IMG/VR virus record: IMGVR_UViG_3300034101_003479
Coordinates: 21,871-85,870 of that record
Direction: 5' to 3' (one strand)
DNA from: a virus
Length of the DNA: 64,000 bases
Part shown: in pieces, positions 1 through 8,993 of the stretch
How positions within the stretch are numbered: the stretch's first letter is position 1
Layout of the letters: every line of letters begins with the position of its first letter
Program-made: the position numbers and the translations under genes
The notes under the pieces: model-generated
Seen by the model: the letters and a program-made list of their open reading frames with translations, nothing else
What the model was told of the DNA's origin: nothing
Database searches by the model: none

Positions 1-735
1 TTTTAAAGACCCTGTTTCTTTAAGCGCTGGCGGTAGGCCCTCTCTAGCAGAAGCTCCATATGTGCATATATGTCCTTGATCAGACAGAATGTTGTAGTAT
101 TTCATAAAAGACCTACCGCCGTATGAATCCATAATAAAGTCTGGCTTGCGACCTATACTGGCTATTAACTTTTCTATCTCATCAAAGTTATTTAGGCATG
201 CAAAATCAACATTTAAATTTTTTACAAACTCTATCTTTTTTTTGCTTGAAGTTACAGCTATAACCTCTGCGCCAATCATTTTACAAAGCTGTATTAAAAT
301 TATTGACAGTCCACTTGAGGCTCCGTTAATAAGAACTAGGTCCCCCCTTTTTATCTTACAGGCATAATTTACTAGACCATAAGCAGTTGTTCCTTGAGAA
401 AGAGCTGCTAGGGCCTCCTCTTCTGAAATACCATCTGGGACCTCAAACATTTTCTTTTTGTGAACAGTAGCTTTTTCTGCATACGATCCACTTTCCGTAA
501 AACCAACAAAATTTTTATTATCCATAACAAAAGATGCTTCTACTCCAGGAACCATGGGTGCGCTTGCAGCCATAAAATAAAAATAACTATTTTCAATTTG
601 ATAGGTGTCTGCATAGTTTACGCCTACCATTTTGACGTCTACTAAAAATTGATCCGTTCCAGGAATTGGATCCTTAAAGTCTCCATACTCAATAACTTCT
701 GGTCCGCCAAACTTATTGATTACAATTGCTTTCAT
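1..735 (-). CDS. NADPH:quinone oxidoreductase (MDR/zeta-crystallin family), truncated by the window edge
   Basis: Not in the ORF track; my translation from ATG at 735 gives MKAIVINKFGGPEVIEYGDFKDPIPGTDQFLVDVKMVGVNYADTYQ...PMVPGVE, with a later VLINGASSGL Rossmann-like motif; TAATG overlap with the upstream ORF. Confidence 0.85.
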   Translation of the reverse strand, partial: MKAIVINKFGGPEVIEYGDFKDPIPGTDQFLVDVKMVGVNYADTYQIENSYFYFMAASAPMVPGVEASFVMDNKNFVGFTESGSYAEKATVHKKKMFEVPDGISEEEALAALSQGTTAYGLVNYACKIKRGDLVLINGASSGLSIILIQLCKMIGAEVIAVTSSKKKIEFVKNLNVDFACLNNFDEIEKLIASIGRKPDFIMDSYGGRSFMKYYNILSDQGHICTYGASAREGLPPALKETGSLK

Positions 736-998
736 TAAACTTCCATTTCCTTTTTAGTCTGCTCATTTTCATTTCTAAAAAATTCTTCTACAATTTGCTG
801 AACATACTCTGAAAAATGTTTTCTTATATTGCCTTGAGGCCTTTTACCTATAGAGTTCCATATTCTTTGGTACTCAATAATATTTGAAAATGTAGTAGGG
901 CATACAGTTTTACTATTGTATTCTTTTAAAACGGTTGGCAAAGGAACATGTTTGGTACAGCATTTACATTCCTTTGCTCTTTCTTGATATTCGCTCAT
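735..998 (-). CDS. hypothetical protein, Cys-rich N-terminus
   Basis: 87-aa ORF (CKCC...VCPTT), overlaps both neighbours. Confidence 0.6.
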   Translation of the reverse strand: MSEYQERAKECKCCTKHVPLPTVLKEYNSKTVCPTTFSNIIEYQRIWNSIGKRPQGNIRKHFSEYVQQIVEEFFRNENEQTKKEMEV

Positions 999-2788
999 AG
1001 CATAGTCATCCTTTCTAAAGACTCTGACAAATGATCAGGCATCTTTGGCGCTCTAATCATATTAACTGGGAACTCTTCTTCTCTTCCGAAATCGTTATCG
1101 TAACTCATTGATTCATATGTGTGAACATTTATTTCTTGATTTAAATCAAACCTAGTGCCACTTATTGCATTATATATAGATCCGCATACAGCATCAGCTA
1201 AGTCTTTTGAGCCTTTTCTGGGGTGGTCAACTTTATCTCTCATAATTTTTAGCTGGAGCAATTCGTCTATGAGCAAAGGTATATGTGGCCCACGCAATCT
1301 TTCTTCTAAAACAATCATGGCCATATCGTCATAATGTTTTTTAGCAACAGACAAAATCTCTGTGTTAATGCCGTACTGTTTTAGCTGTTGCATCATATCA
1401 TGAGAGTTCCATCTATCAAATGTGCAAAGCTTTATATTAAACCCCTTTGTCCTTAATGATAATATATAGTCTCTAACTTCTGCAAAATCTACAGACTTAT
1501 CTGGGGTCGGAGTCCAGTATCTAACTGCATCTACTTCCACTATTGGCGCTGGCTGGGAATATGTGTCTGTGACTTTTACATTAACCCATTTCTGAACATG
1601 AGCTATTGAAACCGCACAGTGGTCATGTTTTTGTGCAAGGTCAACGTGTATAAAATAATGTTTGTCTGGGTCTGGGGCAAACCAATTTTCAAACCTACCA
1701 AATTGATCAATGGCTAAAGCTGTGTTATTAAATGCAACTTCAATTTTTTCTCTTGATTTAAAAAATGCATCTACTGCGTCTGACGGCATGCAGGCAAATC
1801 TTCCAAGAGCATCTACAGAATTTTTATAAAAAGCAACTTTAAAATCATTTATATTTCGTGTTGGGTTAATTTCCCAAGTAGGTCTTTTTAATGCATACAC
1901 CTTTGGGATGCTATAAGAAATAATATGATCTTCTTCCCACTCTACAGTAAATTCATTTCCTTCTGTGCCCTCTGGAAGATCCTCGTCCATTTTAAATCTG
2001 TGGCTTCGAACTACAATTTCTTTTTCAGAAATTACTGAGTCGTAAAATTTTTGTATTGGATCGTTTTTAAATCTTGGAAAAGATAGCAATATAACCTTTC
2101 CAAAATCTGGAAATCTGGAATCTACTGATGCACGGTACATATCATATATAGCATCTGCTGTTTTTGCTTGATCGTGACCAGTAGTGTTCTCTGTGGCAAA
2201 GCCAGATATCTCGTCAAGGATTACAACAATTACGTTATACCCTTCCCAAGCTTCTCTCTCTGAGTGTCCTGAGTGAACTGTTATAGCTTTATCAAATTTC
2301 ATTTCTGAGGCCTTGTCGGTGTACTTGCCAGTAAACCAAGGAGACTTTTCAATTCTTGTTTTAAACCCTTTAAAAAAAACATTGTTTGCTTGCTGTGCGT
2401 TAATAGCAATATTCAAAATATCAATAGCATCGCCTGGCGGCTTTCCATAATAAGACGCTGGGTCTTTGAGGCACAGTAGTAAATAAACGATATAAGAAAC
2501 TGCGATAGTAGAGCAGTAGTCTTTTCCAGAACCTTTTCCTAATTGAGCAATTACTTCGGTAGCCGTTTGTTTAAATATTCTTCTTCCTTCATCTTCTCCA
2601 AAAAGTTTTATTAAAGTAGACTCTTTGTATATCTGGGAAGACTTCTCTATTAATGCATACTGGTAATTAGATAAGGGAGGTAGCGCTAGATAATTTGGGC
2701 TTGTAACAAACTCACGAAGATCAACTGGCCTTTCTTCAAACTCTTCGCCATCTAAAATATCGATAAGATCATTAAAGTTAAGATTCAT
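995..2788 (-). CDS. terL: terminase large subunit
   Basis: Walker A-like AQLGKGSGKD, Walker B VIVVILDE, RNase H-like HVDLAQKHD, FDRWNS and KDLADAV motifs. Confidence 0.9.
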   Translation of the reverse strand: MNLNFNDLIDILDGEEFEERPVDLREFVTSPNYLALPPLSNYQYALIEKSSQIYKESTLIKLFGEDEGRRIFKQTATEVIAQLGKGSGKDYCSTIAVSYIVYLLLCLKDPASYYGKPPGDAIDILNIAINAQQANNVFFKGFKTRIEKSPWFTGKYTDKASEMKFDKAITVHSGHSEREAWEGYNVIVVILDEISGFATENTTGHDQAKTADAIYDMYRASVDSRFPDFGKVILLSFPRFKNDPIQKFYDSVISEKEIVVRSHRFKMDEDLPEGTEGNEFTVEWEEDHIISYSIPKVYALKRPTWEINPTRNINDFKVAFYKNSVDALGRFACMPSDAVDAFFKSREKIEVAFNNTALAIDQFGRFENWFAPDPDKHYFIHVDLAQKHDHCAVSIAHVQKWVNVKVTDTYSQPAPIVEVDAVRYWTPTPDKSVDFAEVRDYILSLRTKGFNIKLCTFDRWNSHDMMQQLKQYGINTEILSVAKKHYDDMAMIVLEERLRGPHIPLLIDELLQLKIMRDKVDHPRKGSKDLADAVCGSIYNAISGTRFDLNQEINVHTYESMSYDNDFGREEEFPVNMIRAPKMPDHLSESLERMTML

Positions 2789-3314
2789 TTACCTGCTCAA
2801 TTATCTCTATTGGCTCGACCAACCCAGTAATTTGAGAAAGTCTTTTTGCTACATCCATTTTACATTTTGGGCAAGAGGCAGTAACTTCTTTTAAAATCTT
2901 AATTAATATTTCTTGCTTATGCTCTGTTTCTGCAATTTGAGATGCCATTTCTGCATTGTCAAGAATGCCAACTTCTTTAAGCATTGTAATTCTTTTTGTT
3001 TCAATATCTGCTATAAGCTTTAGGGCGCCCGCCTTTACGCTAAGTTGACCTTGAGTATCCGCATCTTCTACCGTTTTCCAGGCCTCTTTGATAAGCATAG
3101 AGTAATGCTTGTCAGCTCCAGATATAGCCTCTTTAGCTCTTTCTTTAGAAGCGTTATCGTTATGAACAACAGTCTTCCACTCATCTATAAGGTCAACGAC
3201 TTCAGCTCTTTTAAAGCCAGTCATAGTAGCAATTTGTGTTGGGTTGTTGCCTTTTAAAAGTTCGGCAACTACCTTATTCATGCGATCAAAATGATCAGCT
3301 AATTCAATTTCCAT
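2778..3314 (-). CDS. probable terminase small subunit (N-terminal HTH)
   Basis: HTH-like NPTQIATMTGFKRAEV plus helical body; immediately upstream of and overlapping TerL. Confidence 0.55.
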   Translation of the reverse strand: MEIELADHFDRMNKVVAELLKGNNPTQIATMTGFKRAEVVDLIDEWKTVVHNDNASKERAKEAISGADKHYSMLIKEAWKTVEDADTQGQLSVKAGALKLIADIETKRITMLKEVGILDNAEMASQIAETEHKQEILIKILKEVTASCPKCKMDVAKRLSQITGLVEPIEIIEQVNES

Positions 3315-3322
3315 ATATATTT

Positions 3323-3351
3323 ATTATAATTCTAGTTGACTAAAATGTCAA
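3323..3351 (-). promoter_or_regulatory. consensus sigma70-type promoter for the terminase operon
   Basis: minus strand TTGACA-17 nt-TATAAT, ending 8 nt before the ATG at 3314. Confidence 0.8.
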
Positions 3352-3686
3352 TTGGAATTTGCTTTAGCAATTTTAAGTAAGATTAAATAACCTATCATAT
3401 CGTCAATATCATTATCTCCAGCAAACCCTTTGCCATTCTTAATTCTATTTATTTTATCATCAATACGAATTTTAATTTGCTCTTGATTGTCCGCCTGAGA
3501 AAATATACGAATTGGGGTCAAAGCTGAGTCTCCGTAGGATATATTCTTTTCAATCAACATTTGTGCTATTTCAAGACACTCTACAATTATCTTATTTCCA
3601 GATGGTGCATCTGTTGCCATTAACTGTAAATCTGTAACCCACATTTGATACCCGTTTTCTTTATTTGGATATGATGTAAATCCCAT
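3348..3686 (-). CDS. DUF1599 / nucleotide-modification-associated domain 1-like protein
   Basis: KNISYGDS...IRIDDKINRI...DDMIGYLILL pattern. Confidence 0.65.
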   Translation of the reverse strand: MGFTSYPNKENGYQMWVTDLQLMATDAPSGNKIIVECLEIAQMLIEKNISYGDSALTPIRIFSQADNQEQIKIRIDDKINRIKNGKGFAGDNDIDDMIGYLILLKIAKANSN

Positions 3687-4348
3687 TATTCCATCTCCTT
3701 ATATAACTGTTTAAGTCCTCTTAGCGTTCCAATATCCATATATTGTCCGCCTGGTCTTACCGCCCGAATGTTAGCACCCTTTGCAATCCATTCTTTTAAT
3801 TGTTTTCCTGGATGATCTAGTGATGTATCTATGTATCTTATCATATTCTTTCGGAATAGCATAGTGCCCCACATATCTGGGTAATCACAATTGTCTACCT
3901 TATCTTCTGACTCAATTACTTTATCATTAGAAACCAAGACCTGACCAACACGGCCTTTTATAGATTCTCCGCATTCCCAAATTCCCAGAACAAGGTCTGC
4001 GGTATTATCTTTAAATAAAGGCTTATATATATTTCCAGGTGCGTTTAATATATATGTATCTGGCATACCAATTAGCACCGTATCATTATACTCACCGACC
4101 ATAAACTTTACTGCATCTGACATTGTTGATGGCTCACGAACAATTAGTTTAATATTCATGTCCATGTTTTGAATAATTGGAACCCACTCAGCTCTTGTAG
4201 AAACTCTAACCTCATCACACACTTCAAGCATCTGCTCTACGTGCCACTGCAAAAGAGATCTTTCATCTGATATAGGCAAACAAAATTTAGGGATGCCTCC
4301 AATTCTAGAAGCTTTTCCTGACGCTGGCAATACTCCAATAGTAGACAT
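3686..4348 (-). CDS. sugar-phosphate nucleotidyltransferase (NTP_transferase family)
   Basis: LPASGKASRIGGIPK signature, GMPDT, YMDIGT; start revised to MSTIGV at 4348 (TAATG overlap). Confidence 0.85.
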   Translation of the reverse strand: MSTIGVLPASGKASRIGGIPKFCLPISDERSLLQWHVEQMLEVCDEVRVSTRAEWVPIIQNMDMNIKLIVREPSTMSDAVKFMVGEYNDTVLIGMPDTYILNAPGNIYKPLFKDNTADLVLGIWECGESIKGRVGQVLVSNDKVIESEDKVDNCDYPDMWGTMLFRKNMIRYIDTSLDHPGKQLKEWIAKGANIRAVRPGGQYMDIGTLRGLKQLYKEME

Positions 4349-5106
4349 TACTTTTCCCAATCGTGAGGATTAAATCCGTTAGGATATGATTCATTTACTC
4401 TAGGATCTTTTTTCCAAGCAATCCATCCCTCTTCTCTGTCGTCTCCCCAATATAGATGAACTACATCTCTGTCTAGGAGTCTTTTAGCATCTTCGCCATG
4501 GAAAATATAAACCTTATTATCTTTTAGGAATGGCATCTCAAGGAGCTCTGGTGCCCATTCATTAATGTGTTTTTGATACGGCTCTACACCAAGCTCACGG
4601 TATAGTGCATCAGTAAACATTTGAACATCAGTATAGTAATGAACCATATGGTTGTGTTGAATGACTCCTTCAGAACATCTTTCAACACAAAGGTCTATGG
4701 CTGCCTTTAGTAAAGGGTGTCCAGCTTTAGCGGCAATCGTTTGAGTTGCTAGCCATGGAGTATCTCTTTCAATATCTAGGATCATATCGTACTCAGAGTT
4801 TAACCATGTGTCTACTGGAATCTTGCAATGAGTATCCATATCAGCATATATACCGCCGTGTATGTAAAGAATAGCAAATCTCCACAATCCAGCCTTCATT
4901 ACTCCCAGAGGCAGGTTCACATACGTCTCGTATGTTTTTGTATCAAAGTGCTCCTTAAAGAAGTTTTCTCTGTCTTGTCCGCTCATGTATCCATGAGTCC
5001 ATTCTGGATTTTGATAAGTCCATGTGCCTACGCTTTCTTTAGCGTAAGATGGCAATTCATCAAATGGTGTTTCGTAAGTCTGCCAAATCTTTTTTTCTAT
5101 ACTCAT
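4348..5106 (-). CDS. glycosyltransferase family 32 (DXD sugar-binding region, OCH1-like)
   Basis: IEKKIWQT, KAGLWRFAILYIHGGIYADMD, AAKAGHPLL motifs. Confidence 0.85.
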   Translation of the reverse strand: MSIEKKIWQTYETPFDELPSYAKESVGTWTYQNPEWTHGYMSGQDRENFFKEHFDTKTYETYVNLPLGVMKAGLWRFAILYIHGGIYADMDTHCKIPVDTWLNSEYDMILDIERDTPWLATQTIAAKAGHPLLKAAIDLCVERCSEGVIQHNHMVHYYTDVQMFTDALYRELGVEPYQKHINEWAPELLEMPFLKDNKVYIFHGEDAKRLLDRDVVHLYWGDDREEGWIAWKKDPRVNESYPNGFNPHDWEK

Positions 5107-5107
5107 A

Positions 5108-5254
5108 CTATCTCCTTTTAATTAACTGAAACTTTTCTAAATGTCTCTGTATAGTCATAGCAGAAACCTTGCACTCATCAGCAATTTCAGTTACTGTTTT
5201 CTTTTGAACAACATATCTTCTATACATCCATGGCTGGCTTTGATATAGTTTCAT
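5108..5254 (-). CDS. small HTH protein (48 aa)
   Basis: Below the ORF-track cutoff; MKLYQSQPWMYRRYVVQKKTVTEIADECKVSAMTIQRHLEKFQLIKRR has an HTH pattern and fills the gap between genes. Confidence 0.7.
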   Translation of the reverse strand: MKLYQSQPWMYRRYVVQKKTVTEIADECKVSAMTIQRHLEKFQLIKRR

Positions 5255-5256
5255 AT

Positions 5257-5841
5257 TTACTGCAAATACTGTTGTGGGATTATGTCAATAATTAGATGAA
5301 CCCTGCTGAATTTAGATTTATTTTCAACTCTGTGCATCTTGTTGTTATTTATCTCCCAGCATTGCCCCTCTTTCATAGTTGCATCTTCGCCATCTATTGA
5401 AAATATGACCTCGTCATTTGTTATTATAGGAATATGGTTTCTGCGGGAAACATCAAGATAATCTCCAACATCCCAATGGGCTGGAATTATACTATTGCCG
5501 TTAAGCATGGCAAACATAACGTTTCCCATTCTTCCACCATGAATGCGCTTTAAATCCATTACTATTGGGTATACAGCATTCCATAGAGCCGACCCCTGAT
5601 TACTTATTCTTTGTATATACGGGTCTTTAACTTTCCATGCTATATCATATTTGTGCAAAAAGTATGAAAATGTACCAGCTAATGCTTTATGCTGGAAGCG
5701 CTCATCTTTGCCCAAAACCCATTCTTGATCCAAATCTTTGATTAGCTCTTTTATCTTTGACACATCATAGTCTTTATGATGCTTAAACGCAAATTCTTCT
5801 TGCCTCTTTGATATGTCCACCTTGTTTTTATTTTCCATCAT
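5257..5841 (-). CDS. aspartyl/asparaginyl beta-hydroxylase-like 2OG-Fe(II) oxygenase
   Basis: IPAHWD...RNHIPIITN...EGQCWEINNNKMHRVEN...RVHLIID. Confidence 0.85.
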   Translation of the reverse strand: MMENKNKVDISKRQEEFAFKHHKDYDVSKIKELIKDLDQEWVLGKDERFQHKALAGTFSYFLHKYDIAWKVKDPYIQRISNQGSALWNAVYPIVMDLKRIHGGRMGNVMFAMLNGNSIIPAHWDVGDYLDVSRRNHIPIITNDEVIFSIDGEDATMKEGQCWEINNNKMHRVENKSKFSRVHLIIDIIPQQYLQ

Positions 5842-5859
5842 ATCTATATTATACTCCTA

Positions 5860-6426
5860 TTATCTTTTAGTCAATACTTCGTTAGAATAATGGGCAATGC
5901 CAAATGCATCTGCTACGTCAAAATCATTTAATGATAGGCTATATTTTTTATTAAAATAGTCTACAGTTCTTTGCTTACGCATATTTCGTAATTGAGTTTT
6001 ATACCAAGAATCTGCATACCCTGGATTCTTTAATCTTATTGCTGCCTTTTCGTCTTTGGTTGGGTTCTTATTTCCAATATACGCCTGCCAGGAGCTAGGT
6101 GGGATAGTAATAACCGAAGCCCCAGTAGACATAAGCTCAGCAATAACAACACCGTAGACGTATGATAATTTTATTACCGCATCGGGTGATCTGACAAGTA
6201 TGGCACCTTCGACAACAATATAATCAGACTTTAATTCATCTAGCATTGCATTCATTTTTATTTTTGCGTCATATATTTTTTCGTATATATCTGCGCCTTT
6301 AAACTCTATCTTCCCCCACTTTAAAGGAATATTGTTTTCCATTAAGCAAAAGGCCACGGAGTTTGTTGAGGCATCTATTCCAAGCACTCTATGCGCTTTA
6401 GTTTTTACTAGACTAGCTAAGTTCAC
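5860..6426 (-). CDS. ruvC: RuvC-like Holliday junction resolvase
   Basis: VLGIDAST, IVVEG, DVADAFGIA acidic catalytic motifs. Confidence 0.8.
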   Translation of the reverse strand: MNLASLVKTKAHRVLGIDASTNSVAFCLMENNIPLKWGKIEFKGADIYEKIYDAKIKMNAMLDELKSDYIVVEGAILVRSPDAVIKLSYVYGVVIAELMSTGASVITIPPSSWQAYIGNKNPTKDEKAAIRLKNPGYADSWYKTQLRNMRKQRTVDYFNKKYSLSLNDFDVADAFGIAHYSNEVLTKR

Positions 6427-6691
6427 TTATTATGCCCCACAAAATCTTTTTGCTTTCGTTATTTAAATTTTTTTCACAAGTAGAACATACAGATAGCTGG
6501 TTATATCTGCTTAGTTTAGTTTTGCAAAACTTACAAGATCTTTTTGCGCCGTTCTTGATTGCCTTTTTTTCATAATACTTTTCCATAATTTTACGATTTG
6601 TTGCAACCCTACAGCATTGCTCATTACAGTATTTTTGATTATGTGTTTTTGGCTCAAAGTCTTTTGCACATTCTATGTTTGAGCAAATCAT
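6413..6691 (-). CDS. Cys-rich zinc-finger protein
   Basis: CSNIEC...YCNEQCC...CKFC...CSTC. Confidence 0.65.
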   Translation of the reverse strand: MICSNIECAKDFEPKTHNQKYCNEQCCRVATNRKIMEKYYEKKAIKNGAKRSCKFCKTKLSRYNQLSVCSTCEKNLNNESKKILWGIISELS

Positions 6692-7464
6692 ATTTTTGGA
6701 ACCTCAAATTTTTCAATCTGAACAGTTCCAGTTTCCATAGACCAGCATGCATCTTTTGCTGGGCAGTACTTGCAAGAAGATGTCGACTTTGTAAAAGATC
6801 TCATTGGAAGATCGCCTTCTTTAAAGTTATCCCAAACCTCGCACATCCATGTAAAAGTATCATCAATAATCTTTTTATTTCTATCATTCATTACGACTGG
6901 TATGATGACAACTTCCTGCGTGTTTTTATTTTCATACAAAAAGAATCCCTCTTTGGCATCAGTTAGCTTCATGTAAGTAAGAAGCTGTAGCATATGGTTT
7001 GCTGAGGACTTCATCTCTGCTTGACGGGTATCCCAAACCTCTTGCTTGGCGGTTTTGATTTCACCAATTATTGTTTCGCCATCCCATTCCATAACCAGGT
7101 CAATAAACCCTCTAATTGGTGGGTATTCGTTTTTAATTTCACGCTCTTCCTCAACAAAGTTAGGCATTGTCTTAATTAAATTTTGCAGTCTTTCGTGAGC
7201 CTGTGTACCCTGAGCCATATTAGCAATAGCAACAGAATCGTTATCGTTAATAAACATAACTCCGCTAAATGCAAGATACCAATATCTAGGACAATTACCG
7301 TGTCCATACCCCAAAGAGCTTGGGCTAAAAGATGTTTTTGTTGTTACAGCATCTTCTCTTTTGGTTGCTAGGTATGCGTCATCAAGCATCTTGGCAAACA
7401 CTTCTGGATCAAATTTACCAGAAGTTTTTTTAAACTTTAAGTTCTTAACGATATCTCTACCCAT
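6688..7464 (-). CDS. Cas4-like PD-(D/E)XK exonuclease
   Basis: CPRYWY, GTQAHE, GFIDLV...EIKT, QLLTY and C-terminal CKYCPAKDAC cysteines; start revised to MGRDIV at 7464. Confidence 0.85.
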   Translation of the reverse strand: MGRDIVKNLKFKKTSGKFDPEVFAKMLDDAYLATKREDAVTTKTSFSPSSLGYGHGNCPRYWYLAFSGVMFINDNDSVAIANMAQGTQAHERLQNLIKTMPNFVEEEREIKNEYPPIRGFIDLVMEWDGETIIGEIKTAKQEVWDTRQAEMKSSANHMLQLLTYMKLTDAKEGFFLYENKNTQEVVIIPVVMNDRNKKIIDDTFTWMCEVWDNFKEGDLPMRSFTKSTSSCKYCPAKDACWSMETGTVQIEKFEVPKI

Positions 7465-7954
7465 TGTTTGGCACCCACATTTTTTCTTTTCCTTTATTGT
7501 GATATCTAGCCATAACAAACAATAAGTCTGATAGACGATTTAAATACTTAGCAATGTTTGGATTTACATTTTCTATCTTCCAAACCTCACGCTCTGCCCT
7601 TCTTACAACAGTCCTTGCATTGTGCAGTGGACCTGTTGGTAAAACAAAAGATCTTAGAGGTTCTAGATATTCATTGTAGTCATCAATTACATTTTCTAAA
7701 TATGTCACTCTGTTTTCAGATATTGCTATTGTTGGGGCCCCCGCAAGCTCTGCACCAAGATCAAATAAGTCGCTCTGAACTCTTTCAATAATATCATTAT
7801 ACTCATCTGTTGCCATTCCAATAGCAGAGTTAGCCTCATCTACAGCACCTATTGCTTCCATTACGGGGCTAGTCTTAGACACCCTTTCGTTATTAGCGTT
7901 AGAGGTTTGCCCATCGTCACCAGTTTTAGTATAAATTTTACTTAGTATTACCAT
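7457..7954 (-). CDS. pduO: ATP:cob(I)alamin adenosyltransferase, PduO type
   Basis: KIYTKTGDDGQT, GAVDEANSAIG, QSDLFDLGAEL, ARTVVRRAER, YLNRLSDLLFVMAR; start revised to MVILSK at 7954. Confidence 0.93.
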   Translation of the reverse strand: MVILSKIYTKTGDDGQTSNANNERVSKTSPVMEAIGAVDEANSAIGMATDEYNDIIERVQSDLFDLGAELAGAPTIAISENRVTYLENVIDDYNEYLEPLRSFVLPTGPLHNARTVVRRAEREVWKIENVNPNIAKYLNRLSDLLFVMARYHNKGKEKMWVPNNG

Positions 7955-8115
7955 TAATGACCCCTTAAAGAACGCCAAATATCTACTGCAATTTCATTAA
8001 CTACAGATAAAGCAACAACTGTTATAAAAAGCTGAGCAATAACTAATATTGGAAAAGATTTATTCTTAACCTTTTCTTCTAATAATTCTACTTCTTCTAA
8101 TAACTCTACGGCCAT
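7954..8115 (-). CDS. small single-pass membrane protein (53 aa)
   Basis: MAVELLEEVELLEEKVKNKSFPILVIAQLFITVVALSVVNEIAVDIWRSLRGH; its stop overlaps the pduO start (TAATG). Confidence 0.6.
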   Translation of the reverse strand: MAVELLEEVELLEEKVKNKSFPILVIAQLFITVVALSVVNEIAVDIWRSLRGH

Positions 8116-8555
8116 CTTACTTCTCCTTTAGTAGAAAATACTAGGCCAAGGTGGTCTCCTGGTTCGACAAAAGTTTCATTAATTCCCTTTTGTGCCCAGC
8201 CCCATTCATTTCTTGGAAATGGCAAGGCCTGATTCTTTTTTACTAACACGGCCCAATATGCATTTTCTGGTGGCATGTCTTGGCATTTTTCAACACTGTT
8301 GTTGGGAAAATTATTTACTCTGCAGACAACAGCATTTCCATACTTTGCTGTCCCCTCTATCTTATATCCATTTGCTTTTAATAGGTCTAAAGAATTAACT
8401 TTACCACTAGCACTGACGCATTTCTTTTCTACTGTAGAATTATTTCCGTAGTCTACGTGTAGGTTAATGCACTCTGGTTGATTAGAATTTAAAACAAACA
8501 ATCCTATTGCTGAGCCAATAAAAATAAACAAAAACATAATTCTTTTTTTAATCAT
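8106..8555 (-). CDS. exported/membrane-anchored protein, DUF4430 (transcobalamin C-terminal-like) putative B12-binding domain
   Basis: N-terminal signal/TM segment; VVCRVNNFP...CQDMPPENAYW...GINETFVEPGDHLGLVF resembles the DUF4430 pattern (YW...G...V..GD.I.F). Confidence 0.55.
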   Translation of the reverse strand: MIKKRIMFLFIFIGSAIGLFVLNSNQPECINLHVDYGNNSTVEKKCVSASGKVNSLDLLKANGYKIEGTAKYGNAVVCRVNNFPNNSVEKCQDMPPENAYWAVLVKKNQALPFPRNEWGWAQKGINETFVEPGDHLGLVFSTKGEVRWP

Positions 8556-8899
8556 TAGTTATACCTAACCACATACTTAAGCGCATCTACAAGTTTGTCT
8601 ATTGATTCTTTTAAAGAATAATAAACGTTCTTTTTATTGTTGTTTGTAGTGCCAGCTTTATCTTTTGCAATAGTGGAATAATATGAGGCAAGTACAGCAA
8701 ATTTAGTAGACATTGCCTGAAGCTCCATAATAAGCATTGGTGATTTTGCAGATGGCACATCTGGGTTCATTAATAGTTTTACTACAACTGCTAGAGCTTT
8801 ATCCAAGTGTTCATCTTTCATAAATTCATGAAGGTCATTAAACTCAGTAATATCACTGATCAGTTCTAGAGTATTTTTTGAATCAGTTTTATTTTCCAT
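8555..8899 (-). CDS. hypothetical helical phage protein
   Basis: 114-aa ORF overlapping its neighbours. Confidence 0.6.
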   Translation of the reverse strand: MENKTDSKNTLELISDITEFNDLHEFMKDEHLDKALAVVVKLLMNPDVPSAKSPMLIMELQAMSTKFAVLASYYSTIAKDKAGTTNNNKKNVYYSLKESIDKLVDALKYVVRYN

Positions 8900-8993
8900 C
8901 TCTATTTACCCAATCTGTGTAGTATCCAGCCCATAGTCCTAATGGGTATGCAATTACAATCCCAAGCAAAACTCCAAAAAGAAACTCAATCAA
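8889..8993 (-). CDS. small membrane protein (34 aa)
   Basis: TTG start overlapping the upstream TGA, GGAGG upstream; (M)IEFLFGVLLGIVIAYPLGLWAGYYTDWVNRDGK. Confidence 0.5.
   Translation of the reverse strand: MIEFLFGVLLGIVIAYPLGLWAGYYTDWVNRDGK

Noticed and set aside
6688-7464. Cas4-like gene as part of a CRISPR-Cas system
   Set aside because: No other cas genes or array are present; stand-alone Cas4-like nucleases are common in phage recombination modules.
7954-8900. Cobalamin riboswitch upstream of the B12 cassette
   Set aside because: The genes overlap one another and leave no intergenic space for a riboswitch.
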